Assembly (NCBI RefSeq): GCF_026571515.1
Contig: NW_026866967.1
Location: 248,001-312,000, forward strand
DNA: 64,000 nucleotides
Reading direction: 5' to 3'
From: Ruditapes philippinarum
Lineage: Eukaryota
Within the stretch, counting starts at the first letter, position 1. Each line of letters begins with the position of its first letter. Of this stretch, positions 12,051 through 26,470 are shown piece after piece. Below the pieces are notes generated by a model. It saw only the letters and a program-made list of their open reading frames with translations. It had not been told where the DNA came from and did not search any database. Both the position numbers and the translations under genes were made by a program.

Positions 12051-14769
12051 GTAAGGCTAAAAGTAATTTTATGTTTATCACCAACACCTCTTACATAATT
12101 AAATTCTTTCCCAATTAGGCTAATAGACGTGTATATACGTTTGTTAAGAGGTTATGACAAAATAAGTCTGAAATAGAGTGGTTTGTTGTGTACGTTCAAA
12201 TTCGTGATATTTAAATATATTACTCAACAAATACATTGCAATGCATATTTTACTTTTGACTATATCTTTTTTTATCTCGGCATTTGCTTCCCTTGTAATA
12301 AGTTGTTATAACCACCGTTATAGCTTTTTTGCTATGTAAAATCCGATCATTTATTTTGATTTGTATTTGTTTTATTTTGGTATAATATATAGGTGTAATT
12401 TATTATTATTTCTAGACTTTTGTTTACAATCTTTTGTACTGTAAAGCGGCGTTAAGCTTTCACTTAATAATGACTTTTTATCAATTTGACAGCCCTTGAT
12501 TACATTTTAAGTGGACATGTAAGTTCGAGGATGATACTCATTTTTTTCCTTTCCTATTTTCCAAATTTAAAGTTATAAGCCTTACTCGAGTACATACTAC
12601 ATACATGATTGTGATACGATTGTATTTCAAATGTTTCTTTCGTCCATTAATTAAATACCCTATTGGTTTTACATTGGCCATGATTACTCGCGAGAGCACA
12701 TTATTATTTATTTAGAACGACGAGGTTTTCTGCTTCATGTCTTTACTTAATTGGAAATGGGACAACGCATTAAGCTGCTAGATAATCATTGTGAACATAT
12801 ATTTAGATATATCAGTTGTATTTGTTGTTTGATTTAAATCTCAAAAGGACACACACTAGAAGAAGAAAGGTTACATGACTTTCATTGTACATCATAATTA
12901 ATTAGAAATATTCTGTCACATGTTAGGTTTGAATAAAACCTACATTTTTAATAAAATGAAACATTGGTTCAAATGGTTATTGAGGTATATATTAATTGTT
13001 TAGAAGTTACATGCAACCACGTTAATACGTTCAAATGGAGAAACAAAACTTAAACATTTAAAATTCATAAACCCACACGTTATCGTTTGGAATGTAATGA
13101 ACTGCACGATTTCGTTATAAATATAATGTGTATGACCTGAAAAAGAATGAATTGTGATATGTCGCAAAGTAAAATCGTATATTTAACTATTTATGTGTCG
13201 ACGTACTATAGCAAAAACTATAATAAAGGCCCATTATGCCACAGAAATGATTTTAGTTTTATTTTCTTAAAGCTTTTTATTTCCATTGTCCTTTCATAGT
13301 TTCCAAAATGATACTCATTGGTCAAGTACCTAAAACATGTTTTGCATTTGTTGCTTTTGTTTATTAATACAGTTATAATGATATGGAAGTCAAAATACTA
13401 ATTTTTACATATTGCTACTTTTATGACAAATATTTTCACATTCAGTGCTTCTTTCGTCTGGCGATAAGTATCTAATAACATGCTCTAAAACCATTTTTTA
13501 AATATTTTAAAATAAATGTGTGCCCTTTCTAAAGACGGAAAAAAATATTCATTTCTGAGGCATAATGTTCCTTCAATACATATAATACATACAAGAAAAC
13601 TCTTTGTATAATCATTTTCAGAATATGTTTCACATGTTTTTGCCTAATGTATTTGTTTTCATTGAAGGTCTTCTTTGGTCTCTAAAATTTTTTGTATAAA
13701 TGTAATATAGTTACTATAAGTCATATTGTTTCGACAGTTTGCAGTTGAATCACAATTATTCGAGAGGCGTATCTACAAGTTTGTACTTCTTTATGTTTTG
13801 ACAATAGATGACAAGGGGTTATCTTCTTTATTATTGTAATAGTGTAATAGAATTCTGTATCTGGCAATAACACAAGTTTACAGATTAATGCTATCATGGT
13901 ATCAGTTTTGTAAATGCTAGCGATAATATTGAGTTGCTTTTGCCACAAATCTAGAATAAGGTCAACAGAATGTACCTGTGGTACTACTAAGCACTAATCT
14001 GAAAACTTTGAATTATATAAATTCTTTATATGCCATTACAAGAGGGTGAAAAAGGGTAATTTTCATTAATATTTATGGTCCAGGAAAATGCTCATTAAAA
14101 GTAACATCAATTTATACTTATCCAAGGGTACATAGTGAGTGAACCGATGACAGTAAGAATAAATTTACATTCTGCCATATTTCATTTCAGTTTTAATATT
14201 TACTCCGACGAAATGATCAATAACTCATATGGCCAGAAAAAATTTCTGTAAACATCCATCGGAATTTACTTGTAACGTTCAAATTATAAAAATGGCGGGA
14301 CATTCATTGAACATTTTTGTCAGATCTTCATTTTCCTAATCATTTTCCAATATCAACCGTTGGTCAGTCATCACTATAACAGTCGGTCTTTATTCTGCTC
14401 AAACAACTTGACCCTGAAGAAAAGAGCACAATGTCACTTCATCAATTTAACGCTAAATCTTAACTGATTCAAAGCTGTTAGAACAGTCCGTTGAAAACTT
14501 GTCCGTTACAGAATAAAAGCGAAACAGTCAATATCGGACCATTAAAACACAAGTAAGAAGAACTAAACTTATCAAAGTTTTGTTTCTACACAGCAAGTCG
14601 TAGCTATGAAATTGTACATAAATGTCATTTGGAAAACAATCGTGATGAAAAAGAAAGCGTAATATTATAAACCACATATATATAATATCATGTTATTGAA
14701 TATAAATATCAGGCAAACTGTGTCCAAAGTCACACAACTTAAGATGATATTTCTATCTTATTATTTGTG

Positions 14770-15030
14770 TTTCAAAACCGATCCAGGAGAAAAACAAATT
14801 ATATGTCTGTAGGCGAATGGATGAGTGATTCAGTAGTCAAGTAAATCGCTTAGCTGCTTTTTATCGTGTAGATACGTTTAAACGCCAAACATATAGACAA
14901 AATTCATTTAGGAGTTATTGTCATTTCTTTGCGCTTAATGTTCATGAACTGTTGGAGGTTAAGGAATTCAGTCACGTCAAGAAGGCTACGTTTTCGGATT
15001 ATATTTTTTCAAATGTGTTTTGATAATGTC
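14770..15030 (+). repeat. Paralogous non-coding block shared by the C and E cassettes (copy before C)
   Basis: GTCTGTAGGCGAA…GTAGTCAAGTAAATCGC…TATCGTGTA…AAACGCC…TCACGTCAA..GGCTAC also occurs at 25650-25910. Confidence 0.7.
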
Positions 15031-16842
15031 TTTAGGAAACACTATTATGTGAGCGGTATATCTAAATATTTTGTATTACGGTGCCAAATTAACATAGACT
15101 TTCTATGTATTTGATTGACTGTATTATAACTTCGCTAAATGACTTAACAGTAAGGTATATTATTTGACAATGTAGCACTTTTATGTTAGAGTTCTATCAG
15201 TCATTTCGTAAATGAACACGTTGTATTTTGTATCGAAACAGACTTGTCGCACTTTTAATTAAAAACGTTTGAAAGACATTTTTACTGGAAAAAAATAAAA
15301 TCAAGTTAACTATGAGTCTTCAAAATTTACGTCTTTTGTCTCTGTTCCGTTTGTGTTTATTTGTTTATTAGTCTGTGCCTTCACAATCCATGTTCAGACC
15401 TTACTTTACAGTTCTCGTGGTGAACAAAACATGCTTATGTGCTTGGACTACTTCGAGATTAATAGGCGTTTGTCTCAAACATAAAGTTATTAGGAGGCAC
15501 AATTAATCTATTTCAAGCACTTAATCTGAAATCAAAATGTCCTTATGACGGGCGAAATACTCAGTAGGCTTTGTGTTGCTATAGTGAATTCCATAATTAG
15601 ACATTCTCTTACAAAAGACGTTTTCTTTAAGTCTTTTTGTGACAGTTTAGCAAATATTGGAAGTGGACGGAGACAAATCAAATTTTTGATTATCAATTGT
15701 TATTCTGTTACAGCAAATTACCGAACAGTATATTTCGAATTAAAACACAAATTTTGAATGACACAAATTACTTAACATTACCAATTATGCCTTTAAACCA
15801 TTTTAGTAATAAATAGAATAATTACGTATCGTATAACTAAATGCAGCAAAAGCTTAACAACCTGTATTTGTGCGGAAACTGGTTTTGTAATTATTTGACT
15901 GACTGTGCTGTTAATAGGCTCCTGTAAATTACTGAAACGTTTAAAAAGATAGGTATCTGTTGTATTTATGTGTGCTATTTGTAGACTATTCATTTCCTAA
16001 TTATTGGAATCGTCTACATTTATATCTGTTGTTAATCAAATCTACCTTGGATATAGCAGCGGATTTCAATCACTTAAGAAACAACCTATAATTACAATGA
16101 TAATAATTTATTCGTTTGGTCGTCTCGTTGCAAGTATTGCCTTATGTATTAAAATATTATAATAACACGGAGATATGTCTCAGAAGATAAAATGCAGATA
16201 AAGAATCACTATCTAGAAAATAAAATTGAAAAGGGAGCGTTTATGTTTGCATTTGAATGCAGAATGTCGTATTGAAGAAGTTATATAATGAGTTTTGTGA
16301 GAGTGACAATACTAACTTCGTGGCGTTAAGCAAATAATCTAGAGCAATTGATACTTGCTGGGGACGAAGATGTTAGTTGATACCTCAGATCGTATGTTAT
16401 TTGGATAATATCCATGTGTTTATACTGTGGTTTCATAGCGGCTTTCGAATACATATTCAAATGAATTGCATCCAATTGGAGGTTGTAAAGACAATTCGAA
16501 TGACATTTGGAAGGCATGTGGATATGAATATAAATGTGATGTTCTGTACTTGACATTTTATAGTTCATCATCTTGAAAAAGGAATCAATACGTCATAATC
16601 TGACTGCCATGGAATAACACATATTCAATTTGAAAAGATCTCGGTATGCAATGGTTTTCGTAATTAACGATATTGCATCAAGCGTGGCGAAAACATGAGA
16701 AGTGACTTTGATTATTCCATATACAAATGAATTCAATTGAACAGGATATGAGGTATTTTAAAGTTAGATTACGGTTAACACATGATTATATTTAACTTTA
16801 GAGATATTTCGCAGATACTTGTCATGGAATAAATACTAAACC

Positions 16843-17323
16843 ATGCATATGTCAAATGTTTTTGGTTTTACTGTCGGATTTCTAGTGCTGTTTGAATCAG
16901 AGTTTCTAAAGACATCATCAGAACCTTTCGGTAGGGTAGATGACAATGACAAGTGTAAGCTTAAAAGAAAACTATTAGGTGATCATAAGATAACAATGCT
17001 TGATGGAACCATCCTTAAAGGAATAAAGGTCGAGTTCAGGCCAATTTGTAGTCTAAAAAATGTTAATGAGTTTCGGGGTCTTCCATACGCAGAGATCGCC
17101 AAGTCAAGGTTCATTTCGCCAAGAGATCCAGGGAGATCTCATACGAAAGTAAGACATGCTATAAATCACAAAACAGTTTGCCCGCAGAAAACTTTGGCAG
17201 AATATTTGAACACGAAGAATGAGTTACCATTAGCAATTCGTGAAAAGTATTTTAAAATAGGAAAATATATCGGTGATCAAAGTGAAGAGTGCCTTTATCT
17301 TAACATATTCGTGCCCTACAAAG
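16843..17323 (+). CDS. Variable first coding exon C, neuroligin-like N-terminus (partial CDS, phase-1 donor)
   Basis: MHMSNVFGFTVGFLVLF hydrophobic leader (start could be the ATG at 16849). Motifs VNEFRGLPYA, SRFISP, VCPQK, QSEECLYLNIFVP, the closest match to the canonical QSEDCLYLNIYVP. Ends AAAG|GTAAGT (consensus donor at 17324). 481 nt. Confidence 0.9.
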
Positions 17324-20300
17324 GTAAGTTTATGAGTGATAAATGGATGTCATAACATAATAAAAGTTTATATGACAATTTACTTTAAGATGAAATGCTT
17401 TAAGTGCAACGCAACTGTTAAGTAATTAGTTCAAAATGGATCTACTTATTCGAATATTTGTTGTAAATTATAATGCATGCAAATTCAAAAAAGTATTTCC
17501 TTTATCGACATTTCTGTTAAATCGAAAATAGAAATACAAAACTCTCCTCCTTTTTGTAACTTATTTGCTGGTAAAACCTTTCAATGACGTAATGAGGAAC
17601 TCGTAGTTAACACATTATAATCGGTGTCATTATTATTCGCAATTCAGTTTTTTACAATGTTTTGCCAATCAAGTTTTCCCTATTAACATGTTACAGTAGA
17701 AATGAACGGACTGGAATTTTAAAGCAATGACAACATGTAAAAATACTTTAATGTTGGTTCATGGATATTAAAATAACTTCCTAGTTTGGTTAAAAATACG
17801 TTTTAGATATTTTGATAGCTATTGCATGTGAAAAACCCTTTCATTTAGTACATATATAAAATCTAAATTGTTTGGACTCTGATAATCAGGAAATGTTGTT
17901 TTCTTCAGTTGACAATAGGAATAACTCCATTGCTTGTCATTTAGAGGGTCAATATTTAGTCAATATTTAATCTCACCCTTTCTAGAGCAATTGTATTTCT
18001 GACAGATGGTAAAGAAATGTTTGGCATGTATATATGAACACATCTCTGAAATATCTAGCACGATATTCACCTGTTCGTTATTTAATAACTAGAACTTAGT
18101 TGAATTTTGGCTGATGTTGGCTGTATAATTTGCCTAGAAAAGCCCAATTAATCTTTTAGATCAAATAAAATTCATATAATTACGTAATTAACGTTGTGTA
18201 CGGTTAGATTCACTTGTTAGATAAAGTATTTGAGACAAGATACGATGTCTATTTGTTTTTTATAATAGAATTAACATCTTGGGGTAGGACAAAACAGTCA
18301 TTATCGATTATCTTACAAGACAGAAATCTTTTTTCGTCTAATTAGTTGAATTATCTGTCACGTTACGATTTGTGATTTGGTGCTTTATTATTAGAAATAT
18401 ATAACTTCAGTATAATTATATAAAATCGTACAGGTATTAAACTATACTTTTCATTCTCTTCATGTTCGTTCAATTTTGCCTATGTGGAATTGTTTCATTT
18501 CATTTTTTTTTCAAAATATTATAATGTTGTCTTAAAATGGTGGGATACATATAATTATTTTTATAATACTGCTAGTCTGTAACGTCGTTTGGACTTTTAA
18601 TACATATATGAACTATAAACACGAATGATGTACATACATTTTATTGACTTAAGAGTTATCTTAATACATAACTCTTGCCCACATAACCGGACAAGATTTA
18701 GACAGGAGTTACGTTTTTTTTTTGCGAAGGAAACTGTACATTTTCGAAATTTTGTAGGGATGAAACTATTTTAAAAAGAGCCATTCAGCAGATAGTTTAT
18801 GCATACTTTTATAAATATTCTTTCATTTTTGTTATTATTCTAATGTATCAATACACAATCCATTAAAACTTTAAAAAAAATGTTCTAAATAACATACATG
18901 TGCGGTTAAACAAGTAAAAGGCACCACACTATTATTTTGATAACATTTTTGTTAAATTATGCACACTTCTTAATCGAAGTGTAAAGTAAGATTAAATGTG
19001 AATAGATATAATTGACTTGTTCTGGTGTAAGATTTATGCAATCCAAGAAGTATATGTATCTTTTTGAACGGTTAAAGTATTTGAATTATATACGCATGGT
19101 TTAATAGGATACCGTTTTTATTCAAGTCTCAAACAATAAAATGCAAAGTCAGTACAAAATATACAAAATATACTTTGATCAGGTGCTTTTCTGAAACGAT
19201 TTTTTAAATAAAAAGATATATTTAACTTTTATATATTTTGCATTTTGTAATACCATATTACAATTTAAACGAAGTATTGCATTATGCTTACACTGACCCC
19301 TTCATTGTAATTTGTGTTGATGACAATAGTTGCTTCACAACAAATGACATGTTTGCAATTTTATGAAAGGATGTATGTAAAACAGTTTATAAATATTTCA
19401 TACTATATACATGCTCATGTGTATAACAATATTCTTCTAATTTTAACGTCATATTCTTAACTTGATTCATGTACGTTTTTCCAAGGCCTACGAATAACTT
19501 TTCAATGAATACAAAAACATAAGAGTTGCGTTTGGATGTCTACCAATAGCAATAATTAATACACAACATCGTTTTAATACCATTCATAATTGGAAACAGA
19601 TGCTGCATTTAGTATCTTAACAAAGCATGTCATTGTGATGTGCGATTTTTTCCTGATTTACATGCTTTTGCAATTAAGCTTACTCATCTAAGTCATTTCC
19701 AATTGAATTGATTATACATCACCTTACACAAGGAAAATGTATTGTGTATAGAATTTGAAATGAAAGAAAGAGTTCTAGATTGTTACATGCTTTTAGTTTT
19801 CCTTTCAATGAAATGAGTAATCCTTACATAAAATCTTCAATTGTTACAAATTAGCAAATCTCTTATCATTTGGACTCCGTAATTCTTGAGCAATGTCAAT
19901 TCAAACTACTTTAGGGTCTTTTATAACGTAATGCTTGTATAATGAATTCATAACTCGAACAATATGATATTTGTCCAAAATAATTAAATGTATACATATG
20001 TCATAAAATATCTTAAGAAATGTTAGGATAAACATTAAACGATATTTTATAGCTTAAAGTTGTGTGTCATTTCACTGTCCAAAAGATTAAAGATAAAAAT
20101 ATTTCTACATATAAGTTTTGTATAATTACATTACATTTCCTTTCTTTTGGCATTTACGTCAACACTGTTTTTAATCAATTTTATCACAATTTTAAGTGTC
20201 TTATTTTACGTATATATTTATACAGACCACATAAGGCATTTGTTTTAATACAATATGGTACACGTTATTACTAAATAGTGCAAACTATTGCAGCCACGGT

Positions 20301-22831
20301 GTACTGAAATGAACATTACTCTTCTTGATTTCTTGACGAATTAGATATATGAAATATATAATTAACTACAGTTGCATAATTATGTTAAAATAAATTATGT
20401 AGTGTCAATCAAGGCAAAAACGCATTCAACTGGCAATGACATTCATTTAAAAACCTAGTCAGAACACATCAATAACACGTGAGAAAAGAGAAACATTTGA
20501 GATAAATCGTCGTAAACGTCAAACTGTTTTTACAGAGGCATTAAGTGCATTTGTAACTTCTTCTTCGTAGACATAGACATATAGGAAAAACATGATGAAT
20601 GTCATATTTGACAAGGCAAGTATGCATTGCAAAATTCTAAGAAGCTCTATTATTCTGTAATGCTTATGTATTTGGGTCAAGATTTGTGCATATGTGCAGA
20701 TGAGTTTACAGATATCTCTCGAAATGTAACACTATTTAAGGTTTTTACTAAGTTTTGTTTAAAGATATACTATTAAGCTTAAATTTGTTTTTAGAAAATA
20801 TTGTTAATTACTACTCAGTGTCTTTGTAAAAATAAAATAATCAAGTTCTGACTTCATATAAAGAAGATACATTGTATGTTATGTTTAAAGTTCTAAACAC
20901 TATAGGTGGTCACATTTTGAATATATAGTGTCATTAAAAAAAGGAAATTCTTTAAGAAAAGAGCAACTTTACTTGGCTTGTAATAAGGATCGCAGCATCC
21001 AATAGATAGATTATACATTTGTTTATTTAAACTGGACATAATCATTAAGAACTTCATTGATTTCAATAAATTATTTTTTTCCTTAAGGATGAGCTTAGTA
21101 TATCTTTAGAATAATTACACTTTCAAATGTTTTAAACAAAAAAGGTTATTTGACAAATATTTGTGGTATATGTGTATTATAATTTCAAAACAAATAAAAA
21201 AACATAATCAACCATTTATCTAGTGTTTGTAAGGATTACATTCAGCTATTATACCAAATTAGCTAAAATAGTAATATAAATGTATAATAGTATGCTATTA
21301 AAGTTTATCAATATTTACAACTTTCTGAAAAGTTTGCATAGGATATTTTTTTATAGAATATTGCATTCAATATGAATGCCACCGAACATTTTTTGACAAA
21401 TAAAAGGAAAAAGGACACTGAAAATAAGATGTTGTTTTCCTTACATTGATGTCTTTATAACAAACAGCTGCTACATCAGGCTTTTGCATACTGAAAAAGC
21501 GAACGATTGCCCTTGCATAAATATTTATCCAAATATATGCCATTCTGACACAAGTCTTTTTCCCTGAACAATCAATAAAGCATTCAGTTGTATCACTTTT
21601 ATGAGAAAGAAACATTATTGCCTCAGCTTTGAAAAATCCCATCTAGATTCATTTGCGCTTTATATCATACATGCTACGTTTCATCGATGGTCTCCCAGGA
21701 CTTCTGTAACTTATTTTCGATCTTAAACAGCGATGAAAACCCGTCCTACAAACACATTATCAAGGAGATCATGGTCTATTCAGTGGTTTTCATACAGTTT
21801 TGATCAAATGACTTAAATATGCCGGTATATAAGATTGAAGCGATAAGTTTTCTAATTATTTATTTTTTATGTAAACTAAGTAAGAAGATTTGTAGCAACG
21901 ATCTAAAATGTTCAGAATCATTCAAAAGTATAAGTATACATATGACATACCGAGCTTTTAGTTAACCATAAGCATATTAGTCCGTCTTGTTTATGTCAAT
22001 AAAATTAATTAATCGGTTGATCAAAACTTTTGATATTGTGTATTTCATATAAATGTAACAATTCAAATTAAAATCGATTAGTTAATAAGTATGAACATAA
22101 AGCCGTAGACAATTATTATTTTGCCATTCAGATTTTGCAATGTTTAGATTTATTTTTTTTTTTTTTGATTTATCTGTACAAACTAACAACGGCAGACACA
22201 AAAGAGAAACAGAACAAGTGGGTAAAATAGGCAAAACGTTAAAAGTATTTACCTAAACTTAAGTTGAAATAGACATTAGTACAATGTGTGTGAAGAAAAA
22301 GTCAACTGCTTTAATAAGAGAGGAAAAACTTTCCTTGAACATCACAACGATGTGCCGTTCTTGGAAAATCGTGGTTTGCATGTGTCTGCCGCTCATCTCA
22401 AACACGGATATTTAAGACCAATTTAAATAACGACCATATATTATCTTACGAAACTGATTCATTCCTTGAGTTAGACCCGAGAGATGAAATCAAAAGACTT
22501 TTTGTGACATTCGTGCTGAAAAATCAATGCTTTGAAAAGTAAAATGAACGTAAAATGCAATTAGTTAATATATCTGCTTAATTGAAGCAGTCTTGGGTTA
22601 GTTTCATTCTTTTTTACTCCAAATAAAAGTAAAGTCCATCTCAATAATATTCACTGTTATAAAACAAAAACAAAAAAAAACGTATGCATATAATTATACT
22701 TTGCATGCTGCAAAATACTACAATCTAGGTCTAAATCGACATAGCAAAAACATAATGTAAAGCATATAATTTCACAAAATATAAACTGGAGCAATATATG
22801 TTCAGAGTTTAATGTTGCGATTGTTTTTATT

Positions 22832-22950
22832 GCGATAATAGGAATGTGAATATAACGCCAACTAACGTGTAATAACTTTAGCATCAACAACTATTTCCAA
22901 ATATCAAGGAGTTGGCAAACATCCCACTTTAGGAATAACAGTTGCAGATT
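22832..22950 (+). promoter_or_regulatory. Conserved upstream element 1, copy before exon D
   Basis: GCGATAATAGGAATGTGAATATAACGCCAAC…CATCAACAACTATTTCCAAATATCAA…TAACAGTTGCAGA aligns with 3771-3880. Confidence 0.55.
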
Positions 22951-24312
22951 TACCGGTCTGAACTAGGAATTATATTTGTTCTTGAGAAAATATGTTCTTT
23001 TATGTAACGTATATGTTGTATATGGATAACATTAGTGAAATCATGTTGGAATGATATACTTTCAAAATGTTATATGGCTATACTTTAATGCAAAATGTGA
23101 TTAAAAGTTACAAATGTGACACGTTCTTAATTTCATTAACTGTTCAGTTTAGGACAGAAAGCATAAAAGGTCATGCCTATGCGATCAAATTTCACTCTGA
23201 TTTCAAAGACTTGATTAAAAGGCGAAGGGAAGGAATCTTAAATCTATAATAAACTGTGAAACGCTTAAATGATGAATCAATAACATTCATGCCATGGAAA
23301 CGTTTATTACATCTCCAATCTTGTTGCACTTACCGACAGTTATTGTATGATACGCGCTACAACTGGTGAAGCAATTATTTGACTAATGGTGTCTAAAAAT
23401 AGCGGTTAGAATGGCGTATGCACTTCCGATAAAATATATGTAACATTTATATATCTTCAATGATTTTTGAGGATTTTCTGGAAACAGTATTGTAAAATCT
23501 ATACCATTCCACAGAATTGGAAACAATGCGTTGGATAACCAAATAAACGAACATATTCCAGATTGTCTTTCCGATTTACGTTGTATCTGATTCTAATAAT
23601 AGTTGACAAGAATAAGGTTTGTCATGGAATGTATTTGTGCTTATATTGCCATAAACATGGATTGATATTGTCGGTAGAGACCTGTTTCCTAAATTGTGTA
23701 ACCTGCTTTGAAAGAGAACCGATGCAAATTTACTTATTTCTTTACATGAATGACGTAGTTATTTGGTGTTCTGAGACGAGTAAGGACTGGAAAAAGTTAA
23801 AACACAAAAGGATCATACTGTGTTGCATATAAAGGAGAGATTATAAAGGGTAAATATTAACGGTGTTTCATTGGTTGATATCACCAATATATTTTGCAGC
23901 TTTGGAAATAACTTTGATGTGTATCATTTAACATTTCTTTCCAAATCTTTTGTATCAGTGAATTGAAATTGATTTTTGTGTGTATGTAATTTATCAGGAC
24001 CTTGTCTAGACATATAGGGTTGTAAAATACAAATAAAAGCAACAGATTAAAATATTTGACAACCAAAAGTGCTTCATTGATGTTATAACAGATAGCATGT
24101 TAGACTTTACAAACACTGTTATCAAGGTTATGTTTGTGCAATTTATAGAATGTTTAATAGCGACGCTAAGTAACGTATATGTCAGAAAAGTACCAGAGAC
24201 AATAGAAACCTAATAAACAGTCATATTTAGTTAGTAAACCTCTTATCATTTGTAGTATCTGATTATATGTATATAAATAAAGTAAGAGCACGTGACAGAC
24301 ATCTATATAAAC

Positions 24313-24820
24313 ATGGCTAACATATCTTTTATAGTTATACTCGTTATAATATCGATTTTCAAAACTCACAGTCATTATTACCAGGAAAGTCAAAATCAGT
24401 ATAAAGGGACAGAAATCGATGTTTGTGAATTGGATAGAACTTTTCTTAGTGGCAAAAAAGTTGCTATGATTGATGGTATTAAGGTTCAGGGGTTAAAGGT
24501 TAAGTTTAAACCTATTTGTGCCCTTAAAGAAGTGGATGAGTATCGAGGAATACAATACGCCGACCTTACTAGCTATCATATGAAGAGTCTACGATTTTTA
24601 CCAAACAGACAACGTGGAAAATCTGTAACAAATACTATAAACAATGAACGATTCGCCACACAACATAAACCAGTGTGTCCCCAAATGTTTATGGATGAGG
24701 TTATTAAGTTCCATAAAGGTCTGCCTGAAGAACTACGTGCCAAGTTGTCTAAACTTGGAAATTTTACGAAAAAGCAAACTGACGGGTGCCTTTGGCTAAA
24801 TCTTGTTGTTCCCGAAAAAG
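24313..24820 (+). CDS. Variable first coding exon D, neuroligin-like N-terminus (partial CDS, phase-1 donor)
   Basis: ATG at 24313. Signal peptide MANISFIVILVIISIFKTHS. Motifs VDEYRGIQYA, LRFLP, FATQHKPVCPQ, QTDGCLWLNLVVP. Ends AAAG|GTAAGG (donor at 24821). 508 nt. Confidence 0.88.
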
Positions 24821-25649
24821 GTAAGGATGGTCTTAAAATGTATTAAAATGATTATAAAATCCCTAGTGTGACATGTACTCTAAATGCGCTTGTAACTGTA
24901 AAGAGTACCAGACTACTAAATTTGGTTTTGCATAGAAATAAATAAATGCGCACATTTATCGGTAAAGAAACGCATTAACACATTGTCTTATACTAACTGT
25001 TTTCAAATAATTATGTTGTTATATGATCTTCTTTTTTCATCCATTTCTTTTCATTCAGCAACATCTTGCATTAAAATTTACATTTCATATAAACTGTCAT
25101 TGTCTTAGGTTCATGTGTTATGTCTAGACATAATAATTTAAAAGTCTCTGAATCAACGTGCTTTTACAAATTGAAGATGAACATCAAATATCCATAGAAA
25201 ATGTAAAGCATTTAATCCTACTTGGCCTACCTTTTCGTTTAATAAGAAGCTCTAAATTTGAACATGATTGAAAGTCAGATAAGCATAAAATGCCTTAATA
25301 TATAAATTTGTTCTAGCCATTGATTTAAACGTTGCGTCTATCTGGATAAACACTGTGCATTTCTACGACAAGTTTTACAATGTTAATTAAGTTAAACTGG
25401 AACTACTTGAAAACAAAAATAAACGTCTAAAACAGCTACAGCTAGAGCTGTTTAAATCGTTATTTTTTCTATCAAGGTATGCTTTTATCACTTTTGTAAG
25501 TTCATGTAAAGTGGTGTTCATTAGTATTTTACATTCTACTTTTTAAATTCATAGACTAGTTCTTATTTGATTTTTCTATCCATTTAATTAAAAATATAGG
25601 TATTAAGTAGCAAGCGGAGAAGAAAGCTTTATCTCATAAAACGGATTTT

Positions 25650-25910
25650 CAAGACAGATTCGGGAAAAAACAAATAATCTGTCTGTAGACGAACGAATCA
25701 GTGTTTCAGATAAACTCGTAGTCAAGTAAATCGCGAGCACTTCTTCTATCGTGTAACCACTTTTACAAACGCCGTAAATATAGATTTACTTCTTTAAGGA
25801 TATATAATAAGTTCTGTAGTTTATTGTCTGATGAATGTTAATGAAGTCTTTCACGTCAACTCGGCTACACATTTGGAATATAATTTTATGTTGTGCTTTG
25901 AAAAAGTTTA
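25650..25910 (+). repeat. Paralogous non-coding block shared by the C and E cassettes (copy before E)
   Basis: Same motif order as 14770-15030, including identical GTAGTCAAGTAAATCGC. Confidence 0.7.
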
Positions 25911-26356
25911 TGGTTTTAAATACATTTGGCTCGAAGAAGCGTCAAATGATGTAGAGACTTGTTGCTCTCTATAAATGAAACAATTAAGTCAAGCGCATAA
26001 TTTCTTGAAATATTAATCAAACATATTGGCTACACAGAGCAACTAAAAAACTATAAAATCGCTCCTATTTGGTCAATACGGATTTTAGATGCACAATAGA
26101 GGTAATAAACCCATTTCTAAAAAAAATAATCAAGACAGGGGTGTCGGCATTATTGTAATTAGTAATGTTCGTACTCAAACAATGGAAAGTTATGCTAAGG
26201 AATTTTCAACATAACGTTCTAGGTAATTTACAAGTATTTTGTATTGTCGATCCATTTGTTGTTTCATGTCGACGGAATAGCGAGTACTAAAATGTGAAAT
26301 GCTTTAACAAGTGTGCTTGAGGATTATAGTGTTTTGATTGTATTTATGGTGCTGTT

Positions 26357-26470
26357 TGGAGTACACATATAACGCAAACACATGTGTTATCACTTAAGTC
26401 TCTGACAATTGTTTCCAAATATCTTGCAGCTCGGAAGTAACTTTTAACTTACTTGTAACAGTTGCAGATA
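26357..26470 (+). promoter_or_regulatory. Conserved upstream element 1, copy before exon E
   Basis: TAACGCAAACACATGTGTTATCACTTAA…ACAATTGTTTCCAAATATC…GTAACAGTTGCAGA aligns with the A and D copies. Confidence 0.6.
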
